Origin: Candidatus Eiseniibacteriota bacterium
GTDB taxonomy: Bacteria; ARS69
Reading direction: 5' to 3'
Length of the DNA stretch: 47,509 bases
Assembly: GCA_052390515.1 (NCBI GenBank)
Contig: JBQTGV010000124.1
Coordinates: 1 to 47,509, forward strand
The position numbers were made by a program, and so were the translations under genes. Positions 19,417 to 29,103 of this stretch are shown here, one piece after another. The notes beneath the pieces are model-generated. The model worked only from the letters and a program-made list of their open reading frames with translations, ran no database searches and had not been told where the DNA came from. Position 1 is the stretch's first letter. Each line of letters starts with the position of its first letter.

Positions 19417-21189
19417 ATGATGCCCCTGCTTCGCCGGCTCGCCGCGGTGCCGCTCGCCGCGGTCTCGTTCGCCGCCACGCCGGCCGCGGCCCTCGACACC
19501 CCCGCACTCGCCGCCGGTCTCGACGTGCTCTCCACCTCGCCCGCTCCGTACGCGCTGCACGTTCCGGCGTCGACGACGGAGATCACGGTGCAGTTCGACC
19601 TCGCGCCGGCCGCTCCCCCCGCCGGCGCGGTACGCGTCTGCGGCACGATGTCGGGGCTGCATCCCGTCGTCGCGAACGTCGCCGGCACGACGATGACGAT
19701 CACGGTCTCCGGCGCGTGGCAGCCCGGCGAGCTCGTGAACGTGAATCTGCACCGCGACGTATCCACGGGCGGCGGCGCCTCGCTGGACGGCGGTTACTAC
19801 TTTGCGTTCACCGTCGCCGCCGGCGCCGGGCCGCGCAACTTCCACGAGCCGGTGGCGTACGGCGCGGCGAACGTCCCCTACTTCCTCTTCGGCGGGGATC
19901 TCGACGGCGACGGGCACCCCGATCTCGCTGCGCCGAACGAGGGCACCGACGACTTCTCCATCTGGCTCAATCCGCTCGGTACCGGCCAGCTCGGTGCCCG
20001 CTCCGACTACGGCGTCGGCTCGACGCCCTCCTCCTGTTTCGGCGAGGACTTCGACAACGACGGCGATCTCGACCTGGCCACCGCGGACATCGGATCCGGG
20101 ACGATGTCGGTCGCGCTCAACAACGGCGACGGCACGTTCGCGCCGAGCGTGGCGTACGCCGCGGGAACGACGACGCGCCAGGTCTTCGGCGGGGACTTCG
20201 ACGGTGACAACGACGTCGACCTGGCCGCCACCTCGCGGTCCACCGACCAGGTCTTCCTCTACTACAACGACGGCTCGGGGACGTTCGTCGCCGCCGCCCC
20301 GTACACCGACGTGCAGGACGGTCCCTTCGCCGTCGAGGCCGGCGACTACAACCGCGACGGCTGGCTCGATCTCGCGGTGGCCTCGCAGGCCACGAGCGCG
20401 GGGCCGACCGACAGCCTCGCCGTGCTGCTGAACGACGGGCAGGGCGGGTTCGCCACCGCGGCGCGGTGGCACGCGGGCGACGGCCCGTGGGATCTCGCGG
20501 CGAACGACATGGACGGCGACGGGGACTGCGATCTCGCCTCGGTGACGTCGTTCAACAACCGCGTGCACGTCATGTTCAACGACGGCTCCGCCGGCTTCGC
20601 GGTGAAGAACGGCTTCGCGTCGATCTCCTTCCCGTTGGGGGTCGGCCTCGGCGACCTCGACGGCGACGGGGACCTCGACGTCCTCTCGGCGAACTTCAAC
20701 GGCGCATCGATCGGCGTGTACGAGAACGACGGGCTCGGTGGGCTCGCCCTCGACGCCACGCTGGGCGTGAACCGCAGCGGATCCTTCGCCTGGGCGAGCG
20801 ACCTCGACGGCGACGGCGACCTGGACGTCTCCGCGGTCGACGAGCTCTCGGACACGCTCTACGTGTTCCTGAACGAGCCGCCGGTGTCCGTGCCGCTGGG
20901 GACGAATCCGGGCGACACCGGGCCGCGGCTCGTCGCGCAGCCGAATCCCGCGCCGGCGGCGGGCACGACGATCCGCCTCGTCGGCCTCGAGGGGAGAGTC
21001 ACCGTCGACGTGCTGGCGGTGGACGGGAGCCGCATCCGCCGCTTGTTCGAGGGCGACGCCCTTCGCGACGGCTCGATCGGGTGGGACGGCCGGGACTCGG
21101 CGGGGAGACCGCTTCCCGCTGGAGCTTACGTGCTCTTGGCCAGGGGCGCGGGTGGAAGCGCCTCGGAGATCGTGCGGCTGATCCGCTGA
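19417..21189 (+). CDS. Secreted FG-GAP/VCBS repeat beta-propeller protein with N-terminal Ig-like and C-terminal FlgD/T9SS-CTD-like domain
   Basis: Signal peptide; seven DxDGDGxxDL-type repeats; C-terminal QPNP...WDGRDSAGRPLPAGAY. Confidence 0.88.
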   Translation: MMPLLRRLAAVPLAAVSFAATPAAALDTPALAAGLDVLSTSPAPYALHVPASTTEITVQFDLAPAAPPAGAVRVCGTMSGLHPVVANVAGTTMTITVSGAWQPGELVNVNLHRDVSTGGGASLDGGYYFAFTVAAGAGPRNFHEPVAYGAANVPYFLFGGDLDGDGHPDLAAPNEGTDDFSIWLNPLGTGQLGARSDYGVGSTPSSCFGEDFDNDGDLDLATADIGSGTMSVALNNGDGTFAPSVAYAAGTTTRQVFGGDFDGDNDVDLAATSRSTDQVFLYYNDGSGTFVAAAPYTDVQDGPFAVEAGDYNRDGWLDLAVASQATSAGPTDSLAVLLNDGQGGFATAARWHAGDGPWDLAANDMDGDGDCDLASVTSFNNRVHVMFNDGSAGFAVKNGFASISFPLGVGLGDLDGDGDLDVLSANFNGASIGVYENDGLGGLALDATLGVNRSGSFAWASDLDGDGDLDVSAVDELSDTLYVFLNEPPVSVPLGTNPGDTGPRLVAQPNPAPAAGTTIRLVGLEGRVTVDVLAVDGSRIRRLFEGDALRDGSIGWDGRDSAGRPLPAGAYVLLARGAGGSASEIVRLIR

Positions 21190-21204
21190 GCGTTCCGCCG
21201 GCGG

Positions 21205-22236
21205 CTATGTCCGCTCCAGCTCCATCAGCGATACCATCCGTCCCACCTCGTCGCCCGCGTGGTTGCGCAGCGGGCCCGAGTGGAATGGGGCAAGCCGGGC
21301 GACGCCCGCCGCATCCAGCACGCCGAGCTGACGAAGCGCCTCGACCACGGCGAAGTCTCGGCCGCGCTGATCGCCGGAGGCGGCCTTCGCCGCCAGCGCG
21401 ACACCTCGGCCGGCATCCTGCCACGCCGCGACGTAGAATCCCTCGGCTCCACCCTTGGCGAGCAGCGGCCGGCCGGCCGCGCGCGCGAGCTCGGTGCAGA
21501 AGCCCGCCGTTCCGCCGACCATCTCCGGGTGGGTGCTCATGGCTCCGAAGAGCCTCGCAGCAGCGCGAGCCCGCGTTTCCGACGTTCGCCCGGAGACGAA
21601 CCGAGCCAGAGCGTGCGCGAAGCGTACGACCGGGAGGCGGAAGGCCGGCACGCCGCAACCGTCGACGCGTCGCTCGAGCTTGTCGGGGTCGAGGCCGGCC
21701 AACTCTCCGAGAACGGCGGCGATCTGGACCTGCAGGGGGTGATCGGCGCGCCGGTAGCCGTCGAGGTCCCAGCGGCGGTGCGCGCACGTGGCCAGCATGC
21801 CAGCGTGCTTGCCCGAGCAGTTGTTGTGGACCGCTGACGGTGTCTCGCCGCGACGTACGAGGTCCCGCGCGCTCTCGCGATGCAGCGGTGCATGCGCCCC
21901 GCACTGCAGGGCGGACTCCGGCACCGCCGCGCGGCGGAGGATCTCGCGCACGCCGGTCACGTGGAAGGGCTCTCCCGCATGGGACGCGCACGTGAGCGCG
22001 AGGTGCGCCGGCTCGAGACCGAACGCGTCCGCGGCTCCCGACTCGACGAGCGGGAGCGCCTGGATCATCTTGAGGCTCGAACGCACGAACGCGCTGAACC
22101 CCGGATCGCCCCAACTCGCGAGCAGGGTGCCGTCCTCGTCGACCACGGCAAGCACGCCTTCGTGGAACGACTCCGGCAGGCCCCCGCGGTCGACCCGCAC
22201 CCACGGGCGAAACGGCCACGCAGCGCCGCCGTTCAC
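21205..22236 (-). CDS. L-asparaginase II (Rhizobium etli-type, class 3)
   Basis: RSSLKMIQA, CASHAGE, NNCSGKHAG, DGCG.P, AKGGAEG; GTG 22236 overlaps upstream stop. Confidence 0.88.
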   Translation of the reverse strand: MNGGAAWPFRPWVRVDRGGLPESFHEGVLAVVDEDGTLLASWGDPGFSAFVRSSLKMIQALPLVESGAADAFGLEPAHLALTCASHAGEPFHVTGVREILRRAAVPESALQCGAHAPLHRESARDLVRRGETPSAVHNNCSGKHAGMLATCAHRRWDLDGYRRADHPLQVQIAAVLGELAGLDPDKLERRVDGCGVPAFRLPVVRFAHALARFVSGRTSETRARAAARLFGAMSTHPEMVGGTAGFCTELARAAGRPLLAKGGAEGFYVAAWQDAGRGVALAAKAASGDQRGRDFAVVEALRQLGVLDAAGVARLAPFHSGPLRNHAGDEVGRMVSLMELERT

Positions 22237-24020
22237 TCCAGGTATCCCAGCGCGCGGAGTTGCTCCACCGCTTCTGCGTCCGGCACGCTCGCGGCGGCGT
22301 TCCCCGCGCCGGTGCGCCGCTCGCTCCACCACGTACGGCCTTCCGCCTCCATCGACCGCGCGATCTCGGGATGCGCCACTGCGACGTCGACGAGCTCGCG
22401 AGGATCCGCTGCCAGATCGAAGAGCGCGACGCTCGGCTCCTTGTGCGACGCGTAGTCCTGGACGACGCACTTCCACGCGCCGCGCATCACCGAGATGGTA
22501 CCGACGACTGCGGGGTCGGCCATGACTGCGTCGTCGAGCCGCATCTTCATGGTGACCACGTGGGCGAAAGACGGCTCGTCGGGGAAACGGCTCCCGGCGC
22601 CGGGACCGGAAAGCGAGGCGAGCAGGCTTCGCCCTTCGATCACTTCCGGCGCGGCGACCCCGACCAGCTCGAGCAGGGTCGGCAACACGTCGAGCGCGCT
22701 CACCCGGTCGACGGAGATGCGGCCCGCCGGCACGCTGCCCGGAGCGTGGAGCACGAATGGAATGTGCTGCGTCTCGGCAAACAGCTGGATCCCGTGCCCC
22801 ATGCGGTCGTGCTCCCGGAACTCCTCGCCATGATCCGAGACCAGCGCGAACACCCCCGTCTCGAGGCGTCCGGCGTCCTGGAGCAAGGCGAGAGTCCGCC
22901 CGAGGAACCAGTCGGCGTTTCGGACGTCGCGGGCGTATGACCGGACCGGCTTGGCGATTCGCTCGGGAGCGCCTTCGCGGTCGAACCCCGGGAGGCTGGC
23001 GAAGGGCTCGCGTGGATCGTACGGCGCGTGGGGGTCGTTCGGGTGGATGTACAGGAAGAGCGGAAGCTCCTCCCAGCCGGGAAGCAGCCGCTCCAGACGA
23101 AACGCGATCAGCTCACCCGTGCCGCTGGTCATGCTGAGCTGCTTCGCCCCCTGCCACTCCTCGGAGCGCCGCAGCGCCTCTCCGATCAGATCGTTCATCT
23201 CGAACACCAGGTCGAAGCCTCGATCCAGGCCGGCCGGCCGGCCCGCGTTCGGGTTCGTCTGGAATGCCACGGTGTACCAGCCTGCGGCTCGGAGCGCGTC
23301 CGCCAGCGTCGGCACGTCGTCGGGCAGACGGAGGTCCTCGTCGATGACGCCGTGCGCCGGTGGAGAGAGCGACGTCAGGATCGAGATTGCGGAGGGTCGG
23401 GTCCAGGATGAGGGTGCCTGGCACTCCGCGAAGAGCGTCCCCCGCCGGGAGAGCGAACCGATCACCGGCGACGATCGCCCGGGATACCCGTACGGCTCCA
23501 GCAGGTCGGCACGCAGCGTGTCGATCTCGTAGAGGATGACGTCGCGGAGGCCGGACCGGGAACCGGCGAAGGACACGACCGGCGATCCCCAGACGAGCGT
23601 CGTGCCCTCCGGGCCTTCGCCGGCGAGAATGATCTCGGCGGGCTCGCCGAGGGCGCCGCGGTCCAGCACCAGCGTGAGCGGGACCCAGCGTCCCCGATCC
23701 TCCAAGACAACCCGGCCTCCGTCGACCCCGCGGACCTCGGCCGTCACCGTCCCTTCCGGACCGAGTGCCGCGACGGACAGGTGAAGCGTCGCCGATGCGC
23801 CCGGCAATGGAACGCGGCCGGTGAGCTTCGCCCCGGACTCGGCCGCCACCGTCTCCATCCCGAGGCCGTGGAACGTCTGCCGACCGACCGCGGGTGAGTT
23901 GCCATCTTCGAGGCGAAGCACGTCGACCAGATGGATGACCCCGGGCTCGACGGGCGTCGGCTGCCGCGGCGAGCAGGCGGAGAGCAACAGCGCCGCGGCA
24001 AGCCAGGAACGAGGACGCAT
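22233..24020 (-). CDS. Sulfatase-like hydrolase/transferase lipoprotein
   Basis: Lipobox LSAC, IDTLRAD, WTRPS, DPHAPY, SDHGEEF, C-terminal QLRALGYLE. Confidence 0.85.
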   Translation of the reverse strand: MRPRSWLAAALLLSACSPRQPTPVEPGVIHLVDVLRLEDGNSPAVGRQTFHGLGMETVAAESGAKLTGRVPLPGASATLHLSVAALGPEGTVTAEVRGVDGGRVVLEDRGRWVPLTLVLDRGALGEPAEIILAGEGPEGTTLVWGSPVVSFAGSRSGLRDVILYEIDTLRADLLEPYGYPGRSSPVIGSLSRRGTLFAECQAPSSWTRPSAISILTSLSPPAHGVIDEDLRLPDDVPTLADALRAAGWYTVAFQTNPNAGRPAGLDRGFDLVFEMNDLIGEALRRSEEWQGAKQLSMTSGTGELIAFRLERLLPGWEELPLFLYIHPNDPHAPYDPREPFASLPGFDREGAPERIAKPVRSYARDVRNADWFLGRTLALLQDAGRLETGVFALVSDHGEEFREHDRMGHGIQLFAETQHIPFVLHAPGSVPAGRISVDRVSALDVLPTLLELVGVAAPEVIEGRSLLASLSGPGAGSRFPDEPSFAHVVTMKMRLDDAVMADPAVVGTISVMRGAWKCVVQDYASHKEPSVALFDLAADPRELVDVAVAHPEIARSMEAEGRTWWSERRTGAGNAAASVPDAEAVEQLRALGYLE

Positions 24021-24048
24021 GGGTACCTCCGGGCAGCAGCAACCCGAC

Positions 24049-25362
24049 TCAGAACAACCGGCCCACCCGATCGTCCTCGGCCTGCACGCGCTCGGCAAGA
24101 TCCCGAGGTGCGATCTCCACGGTCGGGGGCGCCTCGAGCAGCTGCGGCAGATGCTCGGTCACGCGCATCTCCTCGAGCTGGCGGTGCAGCGGAAGCAGCC
24201 GCTTCGTGAAGGACCCGGACGCCTTGTTGTACGCGTCGACCGCGCTCTCGAGGCCGCGGGCGATCTTCGAGAAGTGCTCGCCGAACGTGACGGTGCGTTC
24301 GTACACCTCCCGCGCCACTTCCGCGATGCGCTCCGCGTTCTCGGCCAGCGACTTGTGCTGCCAGTACACCGCCACGGTGCGCAGCAGGGCGAAGAGCGTC
24401 GTCGGGGTCGCGATCAGGACGTGGGAGCGGAGCGCCTCCACCTGCAGCTCCGCATCCCGCTCGAACGCGGCGGCGAGAAGCGCGTCTCCCGGGAGGAAGA
24501 GCACCACGAGATCGACATTGCCCTGCACGGCGCCCGCGTAGTCCCGCGCGGGGTGCGTGCGCAGGTGGGTCCGCTGGGCGTTGACGTGCCGGTCGAGGGC
24601 GGCGACACGGGCCTCCTCGGTCGTCGCCTCGACCGCGTCCAGATACGCCTGGAAGGGCACTTTCGCGTCGACGGCGATGTACTTGTCCCCCGGCAGCCGC
24701 ACGATCATGTCCGGCCGCTTCCCGTCGGATGCAGCGGTCTGCTCCTCGAAGTCGACGTGCTCGGAGAGTCCGGCGAGCTCGACGACGTTGCGCAGCGCGA
24801 TTTCGCCCCAGCGACCCAGCGTCCGGGATCCGCGCAGCGCGGCGGTCAGTGACGACGTCCTCTCCTGGAGTCCGCCGGTGGCTTCGAGCAGGCCGCGGAT
24901 CTGCGCGCTGAGCTCCCCGTACGCCGACTCCCGCGCCCGCTCGATCTGTCCGGCGCGCTCGTCGAGCCGCCGCATCGTCTCGGTGAGCGGCGCGAGCAGC
25001 GCCTCGACCCGCCGCCGGCGCTCCTCCTCGTCCCGGTCGGCCAGCGCGAAGAACTGCTCGCGGTTCCCCCGGAGCGCTTCCGCCGCCAGCGCCTCGAAGG
25101 AGTCGCGGAGCTGCTCGCGGGCGTTCCGAACGAAGGCCTCGCCCGCCTGGCCGCGCTCCGTCGCCGCGGCGAGCTCCCGCTCGGCACGCTCCTTCGCCGC
25201 CCGCACCTGGGCGAGCTCCGCGTCGAGCGCCTCACGCCGCTCGCGCTCGGCAGCCAGCCGCTCCGCCGTCCCCTTCGCCCGGAGCGCTGCGAACAGCCAC
25301 CCCGCCGCTCCCCCGAGGAGCAGCGCGACGAGCCCCAGAGCGAGCGCGACGGTGAGCGGCAC
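24049..25362 (-). CDS. rmuC: DNA recombination protein RmuC
   Basis: N-terminal TM, coiled coil, GRWGE..L, RPDMIVRLP, VDAKVP, VLFLPGD, ATPTTL. Confidence 0.93.
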   Translation of the reverse strand: MPLTVALALGLVALLLGGAAGWLFAALRAKGTAERLAAERERREALDAELAQVRAAKERAERELAAATERGQAGEAFVRNAREQLRDSFEALAAEALRGNREQFFALADRDEEERRRRVEALLAPLTETMRRLDERAGQIERARESAYGELSAQIRGLLEATGGLQERTSSLTAALRGSRTLGRWGEIALRNVVELAGLSEHVDFEEQTAASDGKRPDMIVRLPGDKYIAVDAKVPFQAYLDAVEATTEEARVAALDRHVNAQRTHLRTHPARDYAGAVQGNVDLVVLFLPGDALLAAAFERDAELQVEALRSHVLIATPTTLFALLRTVAVYWQHKSLAENAERIAEVAREVYERTVTFGEHFSKIARGLESAVDAYNKASGSFTKRLLPLHRQLEEMRVTEHLPQLLEAPPTVEIAPRDLAERVQAEDDRVGRLF

Positions 25363-25425
25363 GGGCGTTCCTTTCGTGACGGAGCGATGATCCTCCGGAA
25401 CCCGCGCGGAAGCAACACCCCCGGC

Positions 25426-26448
25426 TCAGTCCTCGGCCTCCACGACGCCCTGCAGCGGAAGACCGAGTCGGTGGATCATCTTGATGAGTCCCTGCCGGGT
25501 GATCCCCAGCGACCGCGCGGCGCGCGTCTTGTTCCAGCCGTGCCGCTCCAGCGTGCCGAGGACGATCCCACGCTGCGCCTGATCCACCTGCTCCCGCAGC
25601 GATCCGACCCGGGCGCCCCGGGACGGGACCTCCCGCAGCTCCTCGGAGAAGTCCTGCGGGCCGATCGGCCCGCGCCCTCTCGTGAGCAGCGCAGCCCTCA
25701 GCACCTCGTTGCGCAGCTGGCGGACGTTGCCGGGCCACGAGTACGACAGCAGCTTCTCCATGGCCTGGGGCGTGAAGGCCGACGCACAGCTCTCCCCGGC
25801 GCGCGCGGATTCCGCGAGGAAGCGCTGCACGAAGATCGTGATGTCCGGCCGTCGTTCCAGCAGCGAGGGAACGCGCACCTCCACCACGTTGAGCCGGTAG
25901 AACAGATCTTCGCGGAAGCGGCTGCGGCGCACCTCGTCCTGCAGGCTGCGGTTCGTCGCGGCGAGGATCCTCACCTGCACGCGGCGCGGCCGCGACTCCC
26001 CGACGCGGCGAATCTCGCCCTCCTGCAGCACGCGCAACAGCTGTGCCTGGAGCCTCGGTCCGATCTCGCCGATCTCGTCCAGGAACGCGGTCCCTCCCTG
26101 CGCCTCCTCGAAGAGCCCGCGTCGCACACCGAGCGCGCCGGTGAACGCGCCGGCGGCGTGCCCGAACAGGTCGCTCTCCAGCGTTCCCTCGGCGATGGCC
26201 GCACAGTTGTGCGCGAGGAAGACCCCGGGACGGCGGCCGGTCTCGTGCAGCAGCCGCGCGACGAGCTCCTTGCCGGCGCCGCTCTCGCCGCTGATCAGTA
26301 CGGTGGTGTCGGTGCCGGCGAGCGACTCGACGAGCGCCAGCATCTCGGCAACCGCGGCGCTTCGTCCGACGACGGGGAGAACCGAGCGAACCGTGTCGTG
26401 GAAGTCGCCTCCGGCGGGCGACGTCTCGATGAGAGGAAACGTGGACAT
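25426..26448 (-). CDS. Sigma-54-dependent enhancer-binding protein (AAA+ and Fis HTH, no sensory domain)
   Basis: GESGAGKE, ESDLFGH, GAFTGA, FLDEIGE, FREDLFYRLNV, WPGNVRQL, C-terminal HTH; ATG 26448 after GGAGG. Confidence 0.92.
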   Translation of the reverse strand: MSTFPLIETSPAGGDFHDTVRSVLPVVGRSAAVAEMLALVESLAGTDTTVLISGESGAGKELVARLLHETGRRPGVFLAHNCAAIAEGTLESDLFGHAAGAFTGALGVRRGLFEEAQGGTAFLDEIGEIGPRLQAQLLRVLQEGEIRRVGESRPRRVQVRILAATNRSLQDEVRRSRFREDLFYRLNVVEVRVPSLLERRPDITIFVQRFLAESARAGESCASAFTPQAMEKLLSYSWPGNVRQLRNEVLRAALLTRGRGPIGPQDFSEELREVPSRGARVGSLREQVDQAQRGIVLGTLERHGWNKTRAARSLGITRQGLIKMIHRLGLPLQGVVEAED

Positions 26449-26488
26449 GCGGAACCTCCGGTGGGGGTGAGCTGGGAGGTCGCTGCGA

Positions 26489-26504
26489 AGCAGGAGACGT
26501 GCCG
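26489..26504 (-). promoter_or_regulatory. Putative sigma-54 (-24/-12) promoter CGGCACGTCTCCTGCT
   Basis: GG-N10-GC spacing exact, GGCACG core and TGCT, ~40 nt upstream of the activator gene start. Confidence 0.6.
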
Positions 26505-26600
26505 CGCCAGACAGGCGCGGAAGAGCCGAGGCGAAGGTTTCCGAGCCGGGCTGCGGGACGCGGCGGATCGAGGGACGGGAAGGTGCGTGCCGGATTCGGC

Positions 26601-27617
26601 TCAGGCGTTCCAGATCACGCGGCCGGACCCGGCCACGATCTCGCCGATCTCGAGGCCCGAGGTCGCCGGACCGCCGACGACGGCGATCAGCCCGACACCG
26701 AGGTTGAACGCTTGCCGCATCTCGTCCTCGTCGACTCGACCGGCGCGCCGCAGCCAGCCGAAGACCGGAGGCTCGGGCCACGACCCGGCGCGGATGCGCG
26801 CGTCGGTGTTCGAGGGGAGGATCCGCGCGAGGTTCCCGGAGATGCCGCCGCCGGTGATGTGGGCGAAGCCCCGGACGCGGGCCGCGGGATCCGCGATCAG
26901 CGCGCGGATCTCGCGCGCGTAGGACCGGTGCGGCGCGAGGAGGGCGTCGGCCACGGTTGCGCCGCCGAGCTCGGCCGGCCGTGAGTCCAGCGCCGTCCGG
27001 GTTTCCTCGACGATGCGTCGCGCGAGGCTGTATCCGTTCGTGTGCAGTCCGGTGGAGGGGAAGGCGACGAGGCGGTCGCCGACCCGGATCGTGGAGCCGT
27101 CGAGGATCTTCGCCCGGTCGACCACGCCGACGAGGAAGCCGGCCGCGTCGTACTCACCGTCCGCGTAGAAGCCGGGCATCTCCGCGGTCTCGCCGCCGAG
27201 CAGCGCGACGCCTTCCTCGCGGCAGGCATCGGCCATGCCCCCCACCACCTCCGCGAGCACGTTCGCCTCGAGCCGGCCGGTGCCGAGATAGTCCAGGAAG
27301 AAGAGCGGCCGCGCGCCGAGCACGGACACGTCGTTCACGCAGTGGCGGACGAGATCGGCCCCGACACGGGCGTGCGCGCCGGTGGCGAAGGCCAGTCTGA
27401 GCTTCGTACCGACGCCGTCCGCCGAGGAGACGAGGACGGGCTCGTTCATGCCGGGGAAGTCGGCGGCGAAGAGCCCGCCGAAGCCGCCGATCCCGCCCAG
27501 CACTCCAGGCGTGCGCGTCCCGTCGGCGGCGGCGCGGATGCGGCGGACGAAGGCGTCCCCCGCGGCGACGTCGACGCCGGACTCCTTGTACGAGATCGGC
27601 TTCCTGGTTTCGGACAT
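26601..27617 (-). CDS. purM: Phosphoribosylformylglycinamidine cyclo-ligase
   Basis: YKESGVD, GGFGGLF, DGVGTKL, GGETAEMPG, GLHTNGYSL, AHITGGG. Confidence 0.97.
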   Translation of the reverse strand: MSETRKPISYKESGVDVAAGDAFVRRIRAAADGTRTPGVLGGIGGFGGLFAADFPGMNEPVLVSSADGVGTKLRLAFATGAHARVGADLVRHCVNDVSVLGARPLFFLDYLGTGRLEANVLAEVVGGMADACREEGVALLGGETAEMPGFYADGEYDAAGFLVGVVDRAKILDGSTIRVGDRLVAFPSTGLHTNGYSLARRIVEETRTALDSRPAELGGATVADALLAPHRSYAREIRALIADPAARVRGFAHITGGGISGNLARILPSNTDARIRAGSWPEPPVFGWLRRAGRVDEDEMRQAFNLGVGLIAVVGGPATSGLEIGEIVAGSGRVIWNA

Positions 27618-27618
27618 C

Positions 27619-29103
27619 CTACGCGGGGCCCCGTCGCCCCCGCCCCAGTGTGGGGTCCGCGGCGCTCACCACCGGGATCGGCGCGGCCTCCCCGGCGGGC
27701 AGCCGCTTCTCCCGATCGGGGAACAGCTGCCGTTCGGGACCGTAGCGTTCCTCGAGCTTGCGCATCACGTGCTCCTGCAGGATCCGCGAGTTGTAGCGGT
27801 CGGAAGTATACATCTCGAGCTCGGCGACGTCGATCTCGTCGAACAGTCGGGCGGACTGGTGCAGGTCGATGAGCGCATCCACGACCTCGGCGAAGAACTG
27901 CGTGCCGGAGTGGCGGCGCAGCTCGTCGTAGGCCGTGTCGCAGTCCAGCCCCTGCCGGTAGGGACGGTCGGAGGTCATCGCGTCGAAGGCGTCCACCACC
28001 ATGATGATGCGGCTGCCGACCGGGATCCGCTCGGGGGGGAGTCCGCGCGGGTAGCCCTTGCGGTCGGGCTGCTCATGGTGGCAATAGACGATCTCCGCGG
28101 CGCCCTCCAGGAACTTGAGTCCCTTGAGGATGTCGTGGCCGACCTTGGGATGCGTGCGCATCAGCTCCCGCTCGCGGTCGTCGAGCTGTCCCGGCTTCAG
28201 CAGGATGTCGTGCTGGATGGCGATCTTCCCGATGTCGTGCAGCAGCGCGCCGTACTCGATCTCCTCCACTTCCTTCTCGGACACGCCGAGATGCCGCGCG
28301 ATCCGCACAGCGTACTTGGAGATGCGGTAGGAGTGCCCGCGGGTGAAGGGATCGCTCGCGTCGATGGCGGAGACGAGGGCCTGCACCGTGGCGATGTGCG
28401 AAGCCTTCGTGTCGATCCACAGCTTGAACGAGAAGCGCGCCAGGAAGAGCGGGATCAGGAACAGCGCGACGCCGACGGGCCCGATGCGCAGATGGACCAG
28501 GGCCAGCAGGATACCGAACGGCAGAAAGAAGAAGACGTGCAGGATCTCCCATTGAAAGTTCGTCTGCCAGATGCGGAAGGCGGAGATCTCCTCCTTGAGG
28601 CCGATGGCGACGGAGATGAGCCCGGTGTTCAGCAGGAAGTAAACGAGCGGGGCGACGACCAGCGGCAGCACCTGGCTCGAGCTCAGCTCGAATCCCGCGC
28701 CGGTCTTCCCGCCGAGGTGCACGTACACCAGTCCGGCTGCACCGATCGAGAGCACGATCTGGCCGAGATTGAAGGCGACCTTGTACAGCGGGTTCCGCTT
28801 CACCGCGACGTTCGTGAGCAGGTCGGACATCACGCCGAACCAGCAGGCCACGGCCGGACCGAAGATGAGGATCGCGGCGAAGTCGAGCGCGGAGGTCACC
28901 GTGACGGTCGCGCCGCCGCGCGGCAGCGGAATCGGCGAGACCGCCGCCACCGCGATCATCACGCTCCATAGGATGACGTTGGCGAGGGAACGCGGGTGCC
29001 AGTCGAGCGTGCCGAGATCGCCGCTGACGTGCATGAGCAGGGCGAGGCCGCCGAGCAGGACGAGGGCGACGAACCCCCGCAGCCAGGGATGCAGTTCGCG
29101 CAC
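27619..29103 (-). CDS. Membrane-sensor HD-GYP phosphodiesterase (multi-TM N-terminus)
   Basis: About 7 hydrophobic segments then DPFTRGHS, LLHDIGK, HHEQPDRKGYPRGL, VDAFDAMTSDRPYR, GTQF. Confidence 0.92.
   Translation of the reverse strand: MRELHPWLRGFVALVLLGGLALLMHVSGDLGTLDWHPRSLANVILWSVMIAVAAVSPIPLPRGGATVTVTSALDFAAILIFGPAVACWFGVMSDLLTNVAVKRNPLYKVAFNLGQIVLSIGAAGLVYVHLGGKTGAGFELSSSQVLPLVVAPLVYFLLNTGLISVAIGLKEEISAFRIWQTNFQWEILHVFFFLPFGILLALVHLRIGPVGVALFLIPLFLARFSFKLWIDTKASHIATVQALVSAIDASDPFTRGHSYRISKYAVRIARHLGVSEKEVEEIEYGALLHDIGKIAIQHDILLKPGQLDDRERELMRTHPKVGHDILKGLKFLEGAAEIVYCHHEQPDRKGYPRGLPPERIPVGSRIIMVVDAFDAMTSDRPYRQGLDCDTAYDELRRHSGTQFFAEVVDALIDLHQSARLFDEIDVAELEMYTSDRYNSRILQEHVMRKLEERYGPERQLFPDREKRLPAGEAAPIPVVSAADPTLGRGRRGPA

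Noticed and set aside
18139-20568. 809-aa apparent extended phosphoglycerate mutase
   Set aside because: The extension is antisense to the FG-GAP gene; the RBS-supported start is 19347.
19880-20850. Recurrent GACCTCGACGGCGACGGC-like DNA repeats, possible CRISPR or tandem array
   Set aside because: They encode the FG-GAP DxDGDG calcium-binding repeats; degenerate and in frame, with no spacer structure and no cas genes.
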